This document shows, one piece after another, positions 25,352 to 36,577 of a stretch of DNA of 64,000 bases (its first letter is position 1; each line of letters begins with the position of its first letter). Location of the stretch: positions 299,460,001-299,524,000 of the forward strand of contig OZ024740.1 in assembly GCA_964016885.1 (NCBI GenBank), in the 5' to 3' direction. The notes beneath the pieces are model-generated. The model saw nothing but the letters and a program-made list of their open reading frames with translations, was not told the origin of the DNA and made no database searches. The DNA is from Eledone cirrhosa (taxonomy: Eukaryota). The position numbers and the translations under genes are program-made.

Positions 25352-25667
25352 TATGATCGTCGGCAAATCACTGATGAGGGACTTATTTTATTACATGTTA
25401 TCCATGTGCTACCAGCAATATTTTTCTCCCCATTTTATCATATATATATATATATATCAATATATATATATATATATATTTATATATCAATATATATATA
25501 TATATATATTTATATATCAATATATATATATATTTATATATCAATATATATATATATATTTATATATCAATATATATATATATATATTTATATATCAATA
25601 TATATACATATATTTATATATCAATATATATACATATATTTATATATCAATATATATACATATATAT

Positions 25668-25863
25668 ATAGGAGTAAGTAAGACCCCGACGGCTGAGCTC
25701 AAGCCGTTTCGACGGCTAATTCTGTACAGAATTAGCCGTCGAAACGGCTTGAGCTCAGCCGTCGGGGTCTTACTTACTCCTATTACCCACTCTACTACCC
25801 TAAGTATTGAGTACTTTGGTGCGTTATGGTCCACCTGGTTCCTTACCACTTTTCCCTCGCTAC
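25668..25863 (+). mobile_element. Fold-back element: 116-bp perfect palindrome containing the 3' half of a hammerhead, plus an 80-bp tail
   Basis: Palindrome 25668-25783. Stem II-GAAA-ACGGCU/AGCCGU-GUC. Tail contains TATTGAGTAC. (AT)-rich flanks. Confidence 0.75.
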
Positions 25864-25944
25864 ATATATATATATATATATATACATACATATATTTATA
25901 TATCAATATATATATATATATATCTTTCTCTCTCTCTATATATA

Positions 25945-25977
<33 letters not shown>

Positions 25978-26378
25978 TTAGAGAGAGAGAGAGAGGGGGG
26001 CGGGGCGGGAGGGAGAGATAGTAAGAAAGCGAGTGACATATAGTAGATAGATATGAAATACATCTAGCATCGCACATCACCCTAAACTGTTGACTCACGA
26101 GAGTGTCTGACAAGCTATTTGTCTCGTTACTTCAGTATTACGGTTGCCTTCAGTATAGCAACACAATAGAATATGAATGAGTTATTGACACAGTGGTTTG
26201 AATAATCCGGTAGCTGGAGTGTATACATGGGTTCTGCCAGCACAAGTTTAAGCAAATTGTCAGTCAAAATTTCTGAATAGTTGTATTATGATTTGTATCG
26301 GAACAAAGCCAAATTTGGAAGGTAGACGGTGGTAATAAAATAATTACAGCAACTCCATTCGCTCACCATTTAATGGAT

Positions 26379-26421
<43 letters not shown>

Positions 26422-26442
26422 ATGTTTGCGTTTAGGCGTGTG

Positions 26443-26511
<69 letters not shown>

Positions 26512-26512
26512 C

Positions 26513-26566
<54 letters not shown>

Positions 26567-26699
26567 GTCAAAGATGTACATCCATATATGTATACTGAAA
26601 TACTATATGCAAGTTGGTCTGCCCACTACTAATTTTCATAGAAAAAGCATATAGCGATATGTGCTTTTACGATTCTCTAGAGAGGCCGGAAGATAGGTA

Positions 26700-26744
26700 A
26701 ATATTGCTGATGAGTTGTAACAACAACGAAACTAGTTCAATATT
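26700..26744 (+). ncRNA. Type I hammerhead ribozyme, array unit 1
   Basis: AAUAUUG-CUGAUGA-GUUGU(AACA)ACAAC-GAAAC(UA)GUU^-CAAUAUU: 7-bp stem I, 5-bp stem II, palindromic stem III ACUAGU. Confidence 0.88.
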
Positions 26745-27167
26745 CCTTGTCTGGCTTTCTGGAGAATAGAGGAAAGGTGTTTCCTCAAAAACCAGTATGA
26801 CTCTAAAAACCGGTTTGTCTGTGTTTACATACAGAATAGCTGGCCACTCACAGTAAAGTGATCAGTGAAAAAAAAACTTGGTACATCTACATATGTATAC
26901 GTGTGTGTATTCATATACATACTAGTATTTCAGTATACATATATGGATGTACATCTTTGACTTAATTGTTTGAGCGTCAGTCATACAAAAGTGAGTTACA
27001 AACGAAACGAAATTTAATTTTGTTTCGTTATTTGTTTTTATCGTCTCCGTTGAACCGGTACTTACTCACACTCTATGCAAGTTGGTCTGCCCACTACTAA
27101 TTTTCATAGAAAAAGCATATAGCGATATGTGCTTTTACGATTCTCTAGAGAGGCCGGAAGATAGGTA

Positions 27168-27212
27168 AATATTGCTGATGAGTTGTAACAACAACGAAAC
27201 TAGTTCAATATT
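27168..27212 (+). ncRNA. Type I hammerhead ribozyme, unit 2
   Basis: Identical to unit 1. Confidence 0.88.
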
Positions 27213-27635
27213 CCTTGTCTGGCTTTCTGGAGAATAGAGGAAAGGTGTTTCCTCAAAAACCAGTATGACTCTAAAAACCGGTTTGTCTGTGTTTACATAC
27301 AGAATAGCTGGCCACTCACAGTAAAGTGATCAGTGAAAAAAAAACTTGGTACATCTACATATGTATACGTGTGTGTATTCATATACATACTAGTATTTCA
27401 GTATACATATATGGATGTACATCTTTGACTTAATTGTTTGAGCGTCAGTCATACAAAAGTGAGTTACAAACGAAACGAAATTTAATTTTGTTTCGTTATT
27501 TGTTTTTATCGTCTCCGTTGAACCGGTACTTACTCACACTCTATGCAAGTTGGTCTGCCCACTACTAATTTTCATAGAAAAAGCATATAGCGATATGTGC
27601 TTTTACGATTCTCTAGAGAGGCCGGAAGATAGGTA

Positions 27636-27680
27636 AATATTGCTGATGAGTTGTAACAACAACGAAACTAGTTCAATATT
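27636..27680 (+). ncRNA. Type I hammerhead ribozyme, unit 3
   Basis: Identical to unit 1. Confidence 0.88.
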
Positions 27681-28103
27681 CCTTGTCTGGCTTTCTGGAG
27701 AATAGAGGAAAGGTGTTTCCTCAAAAACCAGTATGACTCTAAAAACCGGTTTGTCTGTGTTTACATACAGAATAGCTGGCCACTCACAGTAAAGTGATCA
27801 GTGAAAAAAAAACTTGGTACATCTACATATGTATACGTGTGTGTATTCATATACATACTAGTATTTCAGTATACATATATGGATGTACATCTTTGACTTA
27901 ATTGTTTGAGCGTCAGTCATACAAAAGTGAGTTACAAACGAAACGAAATTTAATTTTGTTTCGTTATTTGTTTTTATCGTCTCCGTTGAACCGGTACTTA
28001 CTCACACTCTATGCAAGTTGGTCTGCCCACTACTAATTTTCATAGAAAAAGCATATAGCGATATGTGCTTTTACGATTCTCTAGAGAGGCCGGAAGATAG
28101 GTA

Positions 28104-28148
28104 AATATTGCTGATGAGTTGTAACAACAACGAAACTAGTTCAATATT
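28104..28148 (+). ncRNA. Type I hammerhead ribozyme, unit 4
   Basis: Identical to unit 1. Confidence 0.88.
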
Positions 28149-28572
28149 CCTTGTCTGGCTTTCTGGAGAATAGAGGAAAGGTGTTTCCTCAAAAACCAGT
28201 ATGACTCTAAAAACCGGTTTGTCTGTGTTTACATACAGAATAGCTGGCCACTCACAGTAAAGTGATCAGTGAAAAAAAAAACTTGGTACATCTACATATG
28301 TATACGTGTGTGTATTCATATACATACTAGTATTTCAGTATACATATATGGATGTACATCTTTGACTTAATTGTTTGAGCGTCAGTCATACAAAAGTGAG
28401 TTACAAACGAAACGAAATTTAATTTTGTTTCGTTATTTGTTTTTATCGTCTCCGTTGAACCGGTACTTACTCACACTCTATGCAAGTTGGTCTGCCCACT
28501 ACTAATTTTCATAGAAAAAGCATATAGCGATATGTGCTTTTACGATTCTCTAGAGAGGCCGGAAGATAGGTA

Positions 28573-28617
28573 AATATTGCTGATGAGTTGTAACAACAAC
28601 GAAACTAGTTCAATATT
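28573..28617 (+). ncRNA. Type I hammerhead ribozyme, unit 5
   Basis: Identical to unit 1. Confidence 0.88.
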
Positions 28618-29040
28618 CCTTGTCTGGCTTTCTGGAGAATAGAGGAAAGGTGTTTCCTCAAAAACCAGTATGACTCTAAAAACCGGTTTGTCTGTGTTTA
28701 CATACAGAATAGCTGGCCACTCACAGTAAAGTGATCAGTGAAAAAAAAACTTGGTACATCTACATATGTATACGTGTGTGTATTCATATACATACTAGTA
28801 TTTCAGTATACATATATGGATGTACATCTTTGACTTAATTGTTTGAGCGTCAGTCATACAAAAGTGAGTTACAAACGAAACGAAATTTAATTTTGTTTCG
28901 TTATTTGTTTTTATCGTCTCCGTTGAACCGGTACTTACTCACACTCTATGCAAGTTGGTCTGCCCACTACTAATTTTCATAGAAAAAGCATATAGCGATA
29001 TGTGCTTTTACGATTCTCTAGAGAGGCCGGAAGATAGGTA

Positions 29041-29085
29041 AATATTGCTGATGAGTTGTAACAACAACGAAACTAGTTCAATATT
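29041..29085 (+). ncRNA. Type I hammerhead ribozyme, unit 6
   Basis: Identical to unit 1. Confidence 0.88.
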
Positions 29086-29507
29086 CCTTGTCTGGCTTTC
29101 TGGAGAATAGAGGAAAGGTGTTTCCTCAAAAACCAGTATGACTCTAAAACCGGTTTGTCTGTGTTTACATACAGAATAGCTGGCCACTCACAGTAAAGTG
29201 ATCAGTGAAAAAAAAACTTGGTACATCTACATATGTATACGTGTGTGTATTCATATACATACTAGTATTTCAGTATACATATATGGATGTACATCTTTGA
29301 CTTAATTGTTTGAGCGTCAGTCATACAAAAGTGAGTTACAAAAGAAACGAAATTTAATTTTGTTTCGTTATTTGTTTTTATCGTCTCCGTTGAACCGGTA
29401 CTTACTCACACTCTATGCAAGTTGGTCTGCCCACTACTAATTTTCATAGAAAAAGCATATAGCGATATGTGCTTTTACGATTCTCTAGAGAGGCCGGAAG
29501 ATAGGTA

Positions 29508-29552
29508 AATATTGCTGATGAGTTGTAACAACAACGAAACTAGTTCAATATT
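29508..29552 (+). ncRNA. Type I hammerhead ribozyme, unit 7
   Basis: Identical to unit 1. Confidence 0.88.
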
Positions 29553-29846
29553 CCTTGTCTGGCTTTCTGGAGAATAGAGGAAAGGTGTTTCCTCAAAAAC
29601 CAGTATGACTCTAAAAACCGGTTTGTCTGTGTTTACATACAGAATAGCTGGCCACTCACAGTAAAGTGATCAGTGAAAAAAAAACTTGGTACATCTACAT
29701 ATGTATACGTGTGTGTATTCATATACATACTAGTATTTCAGTATACATATATGGATGTACATCTTTGACTTAATTGTTTGAGCGTCAGTCATACAAAAGT
29801 GAGTTACAAACGAAACGAAATTTAATTTTGTTTCGTTATTTGTTTT

Positions 29847-29880
<34 letters not shown>

Positions 29881-29937
29881 ATGCATATTTATATATATAT
29901 ATATAATGTATATTTGTATGTTTGTGTTTAGGCGTGT

Positions 29938-29970
<33 letters not shown>

Positions 29971-29972
<2 letters not shown>

Positions 29973-30164
29973 ACGAAGGAAATGTGGTAAGGAACCAGGT
30001 GGACCATAACGCACCAAAGTACTCAATACTTGAGGTAGTAGAGTGGGTAATAGGAACCAGTAAGACCCCGACAGCTGAGCTCAAGCCGTTTCGACGGCTA
30101 ATTCGGGTTGAATTAGCCGTCGAAACGGCTTGAGCTCAGCTGTCGGGGTCTTACTGGTTCCTAT
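29971..30164 (-). mobile_element. Second copy of the 25668 fold-back element, opposite orientation
   Basis: 55-bp arms with a 5-nt loop (30050-30164). Tail 29971-30049 is homologous to 25784-25863. Confidence 0.75.
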
Positions 30165-30193
30165 ATATATATATATATATGTATGTATGATGC

Positions 30194-30225
<32 letters not shown>

Positions 30226-30239
30226 GTATGTATGATGCA

Positions 30240-30295
<56 letters not shown>

Positions 30296-30452
30296 GTATA
30301 TTTGTATGTTTGTGTTTAGGCGTGTGTATGTGTATGTATGTATGATGCATATTTATATATATATATATATATATGCATACACATTCATATATGTAATAAA
30401 ATAAATAGAGATGATATAAAGTGTATATATTTCGTTTATTATTATTATTATT

Positions 30453-30952
30453 GTTCTTTGAGTCTCAGTCATTGATGTTATTTAACTGGAAAGTTTGTTG
30501 AAATGAATATCAAGCCGCTACGTGCAGCCTCAGATATTCAGGACGTATCGGAGGGTTCTTGCTGTTACCAGCAAGCATGCCTTTTGGAGTGTTTTAAAAA
30601 GCGGGCCTGGACTAATCTTCTTTAACCATCCTTGGAAACTCTTTGAGATAGTACCTACTGCACCTATGATAATCGGGACGACCTTGATCTCATGGCAGCT
30701 GCAAATCATTTTTAACTCCCACTCTAAGTCCTGGTATCGGTTAATTTTCTTCCTCTCCTTTACTTGCACTCACGTGACATATGGGCAGGCTACATCAATA
30801 ATCAGGCACGATCTTTTTTCCTTGTCAAAAACCACCAGGTCAGGCCTATTGTGTTCTAATTTCTTGTCCGTCTGTATCCTAAAATCCCAGAGCACCTTCA
30901 CCTGATTTTCTATCACCGACTCTGGCTTATGCTCATACCACTTCTCAGAATG
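30453..30952 (-). mobile_element. Short 3' fragment of R4/Dong family A
   Basis: KINRYQDLEWELK..TARTLRYVLNI. (ATT)n on both sides. Confidence 0.88.
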
Positions 30953-31253
30953 TTATTATTATTATTATTATTAATATTATAATATACATATATATATATA
31001 TTACAGAAAATATTATAATATATATATATCTATATATATAAAGCCAAAAGAACCCCTTCGGTCACTAATAACTATGGGATAAGAACTAGAAAATTCTCAT
31101 CCGAAGATCAAATCCGGGCCAGGTTATTTGTGGAAGATAAGCTGTAGCCTTTTCATACCAGTCACCTGTCTCCACCCCTCAGCTGTAGCCCAAAGCCAAT
31201 ATAGCTTGCCACCAGTTGTGTAGCAACACATTTCAACAGGAGAGTGAACTGGA

Positions 31254-31310
<57 letters not shown>

Positions 31311-31564
31311 TTATTTATTTAATACATTAACAGAGAAAGCTAATAGTGATACTCCGACCAACTTCCATCTCACTCAACAAACATTAGGAATTCCAATTAT
31401 ACGTTTGAGGTGCTAACTATATTGTATTATGTGGAAAGTCGGCTGTATTAGTTTATATGAGACACAATTAAATAAATCTCACTTTCCATACGATCGTTTC
31501 GTTATAAGATTTCTACAAGGTAGGAGAAAAAAGTACAAGTTACCTATCTCTCCCCCTCTCCCCC

Positions 31565-31627
<63 letters not shown>

Positions 31628-31628
<1 letters not shown>

Positions 31629-31760
31629 GGCTGAGTGGTTAGAGCATTGGGCTTGCAATCGAAAGGTTTTGAGTTCAATTCTCAGACCGGATGATGTGTT
31701 GTTTCCTTGAGCAAGGCACTTTATTTCACATTGCTCCAGTTTACTCAGCCGTAGAAATGA
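31628..31760 (+). mobile_element. tRNA-derived SINE (different family)
   Basis: A-box TGGCTGAGTGG, B-box GAGTTCAATTC, then CCTTGAGCAAGGCACTTTAT core. Confidence 0.7.
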
Positions 31761-32096
31761 GATGATAGAACTGTGATGCCTATCATTAAATCACACAAGA
31801 TACCTCAAATGAGATATACCTTGGAGGGGGCCAGCTAAACCTGCTTAGGTGTGAGCTGTAACAACAACAACAACATGTATATATTTGAAAAAAAGGAAAA
31901 GAATGACTTCATTTGTAGTCCTAAATAATTTGATTTAATTTCATAATATAATATTATGAGTTGGTACAGTAATGCATATTTCATAGTTGTATATATATAT
32001 ATATATATATATACGTTATTCCGGGTTGAATCGGAGGTAACCACAGTAAGTAAGGTACTCAATACATAGCAGAGTATAATAGTTTTAATATAGATG

Positions 32097-32147
32097 AGAT
32101 TCTACAGGACTAGAACTGTTTCATTCATTAGGAATCATCAGGAATCT
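32097..32147 (-). ncRNA. Type I hammerhead (left arm)
   Basis: Reverse complement of 32846-32896. Confidence 0.7.
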
Positions 32148-32845
32148 GGGTATCAAAAAATAAATATGGTATTTATAGGTCTCTACAAGTGGTAGGAGAG
32201 GGTGGGGAGTGGGATGGGTGCAGGTCATTGGTTGATAGAGAAGGGAATTCATTAAAGGCTAATTCTACATAGCTATAGTTAATTTATATTTATTTATGTT
32301 TTTAGAGTAACAAAGGCAGACAGAAATCTATAAACAAGTTCCGGATGGCATACCATTCCTTGTCAATAAGTTTCTCTTAAGCTAGCAGATGTCTATAAAA
32401 TCAGTAGGGGGTCATTCATGCTCGATAGAATTAAAGAAAAGGGAGATTCTTTAAAAGCTAAAGTCATTAAGTTCTGCTAAGTGACAAAGGTCTAGGGAAT
32501 TCTGCAGACAACTTAGCAGAACTTAATGACTTTAGCTTTTAAAGAATCTCCCTTTTCTTTAATTCTATCGAGCATGAATGACCCCCTACTGATTTTATAG
32601 ACATCTGCTAGCTTAAGAGAAACTTATTGACAAGGAATGGTATGCCATCCGGAACTTGTTTATAGATTTCTGTCTGCCTTTGTTACTCTAAAAACATAAA
32701 TAAATATAAATTAACTATAGCTATGTAGAATTAGCCTTTAATGAATTCCCTTCTCTATCAACCAATGACCTGCACCCATCCCACTCCCCACCCTCTCCTA
32801 CCACTTGTAGAGACCTATAAATACCATATTTATTTTTTGATACCC

Positions 32846-32896
32846 AGATTCCTGATGATTCCTAATGAATGAAACAGTTCTAGTCCTGTAGAATCT
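32846..32896 (+). ncRNA. Type I hammerhead (right arm)
   Basis: AGAUUC-CUGAUGA-UUCCUAAUGAAU-GAAACAG(UUCUAGUC)CUGUA^-GAAUCU. Stem II is weak. Confidence 0.7.
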
Positions 32897-32908
32897 CATC
32901 TATATTAA

Positions 32909-32957
<49 letters not shown>

Positions 32958-33379
32958 AGTATGAAATATGCATTACTATATACATTATAAACATTATTAT
33001 AAATATGTAAGGATCTATATACATGCTTATATTTACAATCATAATGGAAGAATACTGAAAACATGAGAGTTTATATTTCTTGAGAATCAGCCTATGATTT
33101 ACTTTAGTTTGGTGTGAAGCTTCACGGACTTAACGTTCTTGTACGTCTAATAAAACAGTTTATGCTGAATGAATCATCAAGAATGGCTCTGATTTTTTAA
33201 GAAAAACTCGTGAGCAAATATGCTCCTTGCAAAAAACACGATTGTTTGAATGTCTATGGTGGAAATACGTCAGTCAAATTACGTACTCATCAACCGTCGT
33301 TTATTCTTCTCACGACGAAACTTAATGTATGTATGTGTGTTTGTATATGAATGTATGCATGTATATATGTTTGTATGTA

Positions 33380-33899
33380 TGTCAGGTCGCTCTCGAGTGC
33401 TACTGGTAACATATAACCCAGTACAACCTGTCTCATGGTCGTCGGCGCCTAAACCGGCAACCACACCAAGCTTGCTTAGTGAGGAGGGTGATATTTGGAC
33501 ACCCTGCGAGATGAAATACAAGACCCGGCAAAGGGCGGAGGAACTCAACAGAGCCAACGGCCATCCAAATAGTACTTTTTTTTCACCTGGGAGTGAAAGG
33601 CCTCCAGTTTTTATCACAACACCTTTCTAGGAGAGGGACACTCGGAAAAAACCCTGCGGCTTCAGAAGCATCTGATGATGTTGACCAGTTCTCTTTTTGG
33701 GGTAGTGTTTTCGATGCTCAGGGAGTGGGATTGGTCGAGCGTAAGGCCTTCCCCCACTTACTTAAAAAACCTTCAAAACACAACCATTATTTGTGCAGGA
33801 TATGTTACAGGTTCTTGTGGCTGGCCGTAGCCTAAAAGTGCACCAAACTCTATAATCTGACAAGCAATTGCAATACTCTTAGCAGAGTTTGCCGCCATC
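33380..33899 (+). mobile_element. Probable RTE-associated non-autonomous element
   Basis: Its 3' end (CTGACAAGCAATTGCAATACTCTTAGCAGAGTTTGCCGCCATCA) matches the RTE 3' end at 35313-35357. Confidence 0.45.
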
Positions 33900-33906
33900 A
33901 TGTATG

Positions 33907-33944
<38 letters not shown>

Positions 33945-33948
<4 letters not shown>

Positions 33949-34650
33949 ACATTGGAACGGAACGGAAACAGAGAGGCAGTACAAACAAAGGTTTATTAGT
34001 TTCACGCTCTTATGAGTGGGGGGGGGGGGCGTTTCGGGCATACACCCTTCCTCAGGAGAAAAGTTCGTGGGAAGAGAGTTCCGAGGGTGTGTGTGGGAGT
34101 GGTGGAGAGACATTTAGAAAAAAGGATGGGAGAGAAAAGGGAGGAAAAACGGTGGAAGGGGTACAAATAAAAATAAACATAAAGATAAACAAGTTATGGA
34201 AGTATGTGGGGCGTGTGGGGGTGGTGGCTGGTGGAGTAGGGAGAGGGGGAGGGATGTCCGAGCGGGGAGCGCTGAAGGTGGTGTTTGTGTATGTGTGTAG
34301 GTGTACGTATGTGTGTGTGTGTGAGGTTCCATGTTCAGGAGAAGGTGTGTGTGGGTGTGTGGTGTAGGACGGTGTGTGTGGGTGTGGGGTGTATGTCGGT
34401 GTGTGCGTCCGTGTGGATGGGGAGGGGTCAGATGGGGAGGGGGAGGGGGAGGGATGTGTGAGGAATCCGGAGGTTGAGTGTGTATATGTGGGGGTAGGCA
34501 CGTGTGTGGTTGGTGTTTATACGTGGTGTAGGTGGCGTGGTTCGAAAATAGATTGTGAGTGTATGTCCGTGGGTAAGTCCCTAAGGTAGTTCCATAGAGG
34601 GTGCGAAGAGTGGCGGATATTTGTCATGTTATGGAGTGGATAGCTGGAAC
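33945..34650 (-). mobile_element. Retroelement 3' fragment with a degenerate hammerhead
   Basis: Minus strand CUGAGGA-A-GGG(UGUAUG)CCC-GAAACG at 34055-34030, interrupted by poly-C. CA-rich tract. (AT)n flanks. Confidence 0.45.
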
Positions 34651-34689
34651 AATATATTTATATATATCACTAGCACACATAGTAGGAGC

Positions 34690-35357
34690 GTTCACACTGA
34701 CGAGGGTCACAAAGCAGTTTTGAATCAGAGGGACTGTCATGGACATTATCCGATCATTGAATCCACAAGTACGATTATAGTGCTTTGAGACGATTCCATT
34801 CTTGACAGCAAATGCGATCCCTGACTCTTACAACCCTCTACTCTACCCCTCCTATAGATGGTATATCCTCACTTCCGTTCTGTGAATTGACCCTTACTTG
34901 CCAATCTCGTTTCTGAAAGAGCAACGATGTCCAAATTATAGCGATTGAGTTCCCTCGACACCAAAGCAGATCTTCTTTCAGGGCATGTTTCACTGGATTG
35001 GGAATCAAGTAAAGTTCTTAGTTGTGCGTAAGCAATGCCCTGGTATATCTCTCGAAGCAGTCGGTGTCTCCATTGAATTGAAGTACCCTGAGTGTGGAAA
35101 ATTTGCTTGTGCAAATCTGGTCTTACGAGTCACAGTCGCAGCGATGTTCAAAGAGAACCAGTGAACTATGATCTCCATGGTATTGTGAAGGTTCACAGGC
35201 AACCTGGTGTAAGACCACAGACCAGGGAGATCCATAGTTGTCGTCAATGTGAGAAGGAGTGCAAGTCTCCGCCAGGCTTGAAAAGCCATATCCGAGCGTC
35301 ACACATTTGAACCTGATAAGCGATTGCAATAATCTTCGCAGAGTTTGCAGCCATCAT
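34690..35357. mobile_element. Rearranged RTE-clade LINE remnant (APE start on minus, C-terminus/3' end on plus)
   Basis: Minus: RTLLD..PERRSALVSRELNRYNLDIVALSETRL. Plus: CRQCEKECKSPPGLKSHIRASH + 3'UTR. Confidence 0.75.
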
Positions 35358-36292
35358 ATATATATATATATATTTAGAAAGTGAATAGCACCAAATATAA
35401 CTACTCCATTACCAAAGGTTTGTGGTTCCCAGATAATATTCGCAAAGATTTACGATTACATTTATAGACATTTACCATTACATTTATAAAAGCAATGATA
35501 TATAATTTCTGAGTTAAGTCAGTTTAAATTTTGTTCACATGGTAAACATGTCAAATCACTGGAGATCGCATTTTACGTCGGTTTCTTATCAACTAATGAG
35601 AGGGTTGGTGTATATTATAGTAAATGTAATGAAGAAATACGGAGTTTAATCTTTATGCTATTCCCAAAGACATTAGTGCCATCAGTGAAGCAAACTGGTT
35701 TCAAAAATTCCAGAAGTTCTTAATATTTTTGTTTGAAGTATGTTTAAAGAGTTTATTTAAGTTTATTATTTGTTTATAAGCCATAATCTTGTGGTTCTAC
35801 GACAAAAGATTAATGGGTTAACTACCAGGAAGAAAACATAAATATAGGGTCCAAGTATAATCGACAAAATCTCTTCATGGTGGTGCCCCTACATGGCCGC
35901 GTCCTAATGACTAAAACCAGTAAAAATAATAGAAAGAAGATTATATGTGTATGTAAATATATGTATATGTTTGTAATGATATATATTTATAAAAAATATA
36001 TTTGCGTATAAATGCAACCCGTAATTACGTACGTAAATATGAATTAAGAGAATATTTTATGGGCAAATATGTAGGAAATTGATCATGAATACATGAATGC
36101 AATCACATACATAAATATGAAACAAAATCCAGACAGATGTTTTCACGTAGAAAATTAATAAATTCCCTGATGTAGAATACGTATGGTTTGATTGAAGGAA
36201 ATATTAGGGAAACCGATAGAAGAGGAATGAACTAGTCCACTTTGCGCTAGTTTGATGGGTTTTGTTATTGTTTGATTCAGTTACACGCCCCC

Positions 36293-36325
<33 letters not shown>

Positions 36326-36337
36326 TACATATCTCTC

Positions 36338-36406
<69 letters not shown>

Positions 36407-36512
36407 ATATATTTATATTTATACAGACACACACACACACAGGCATATATATATATATATATCTACTGTATATATATATATATATGTTTGTGTATGTGTA
36501 TGTATATGTATG

Positions 36513-36577
<65 letters not shown>

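Larger units (their letters stand above)
26561..29849 (+). repeat. Tandem array of ~6.9 x 468-bp hammerhead-containing units (retrozyme-like) with a 45-bp 5' inverted segment
   Basis: CTGATGA cores at 26707, 27175, 27643, 28111, 28580, 29048 and 29515 (spacing 467-469). 26561-26605 is the reverse complement of 26923-26967. (AT)n on both sides. Confidence 0.95.
32012..32913 (-). mobile_element. Fold-back element: 403-bp inverted arms with a 28-bp spacer, a hammerhead in each arm, and a 68-bp tail
   Basis: 32080-32482 is the reverse complement of 32511-32913. Tail 32012-32079. (AT)n on both sides. Confidence 0.85.

Noticed and set aside
25365-25420. CTGATGAGGG motif
   Set aside because: No downstream GAAA or stem III; at best a decayed relic.
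26606-29849. CRISPR array or protein-coding repeat
   Set aside because: Units are wholly identical with no unique spacers and no ORF, and the context is eukaryotic.
25668-30164. Composite DNA transposon with the two palindromic elements as TIRs around the array
   Set aside because: Each element has its own (AT)n flanks and private variants, and the tails point inward. Independent insertions are simpler, though not excluded.
26418-30331. Three copies of TTGTATGTTTGYGTTTAGGCGTGTGTATGTG as target-site duplications
   Set aside because: They are part of a compound AT-rich minisatellite and do not abut the insert ends.
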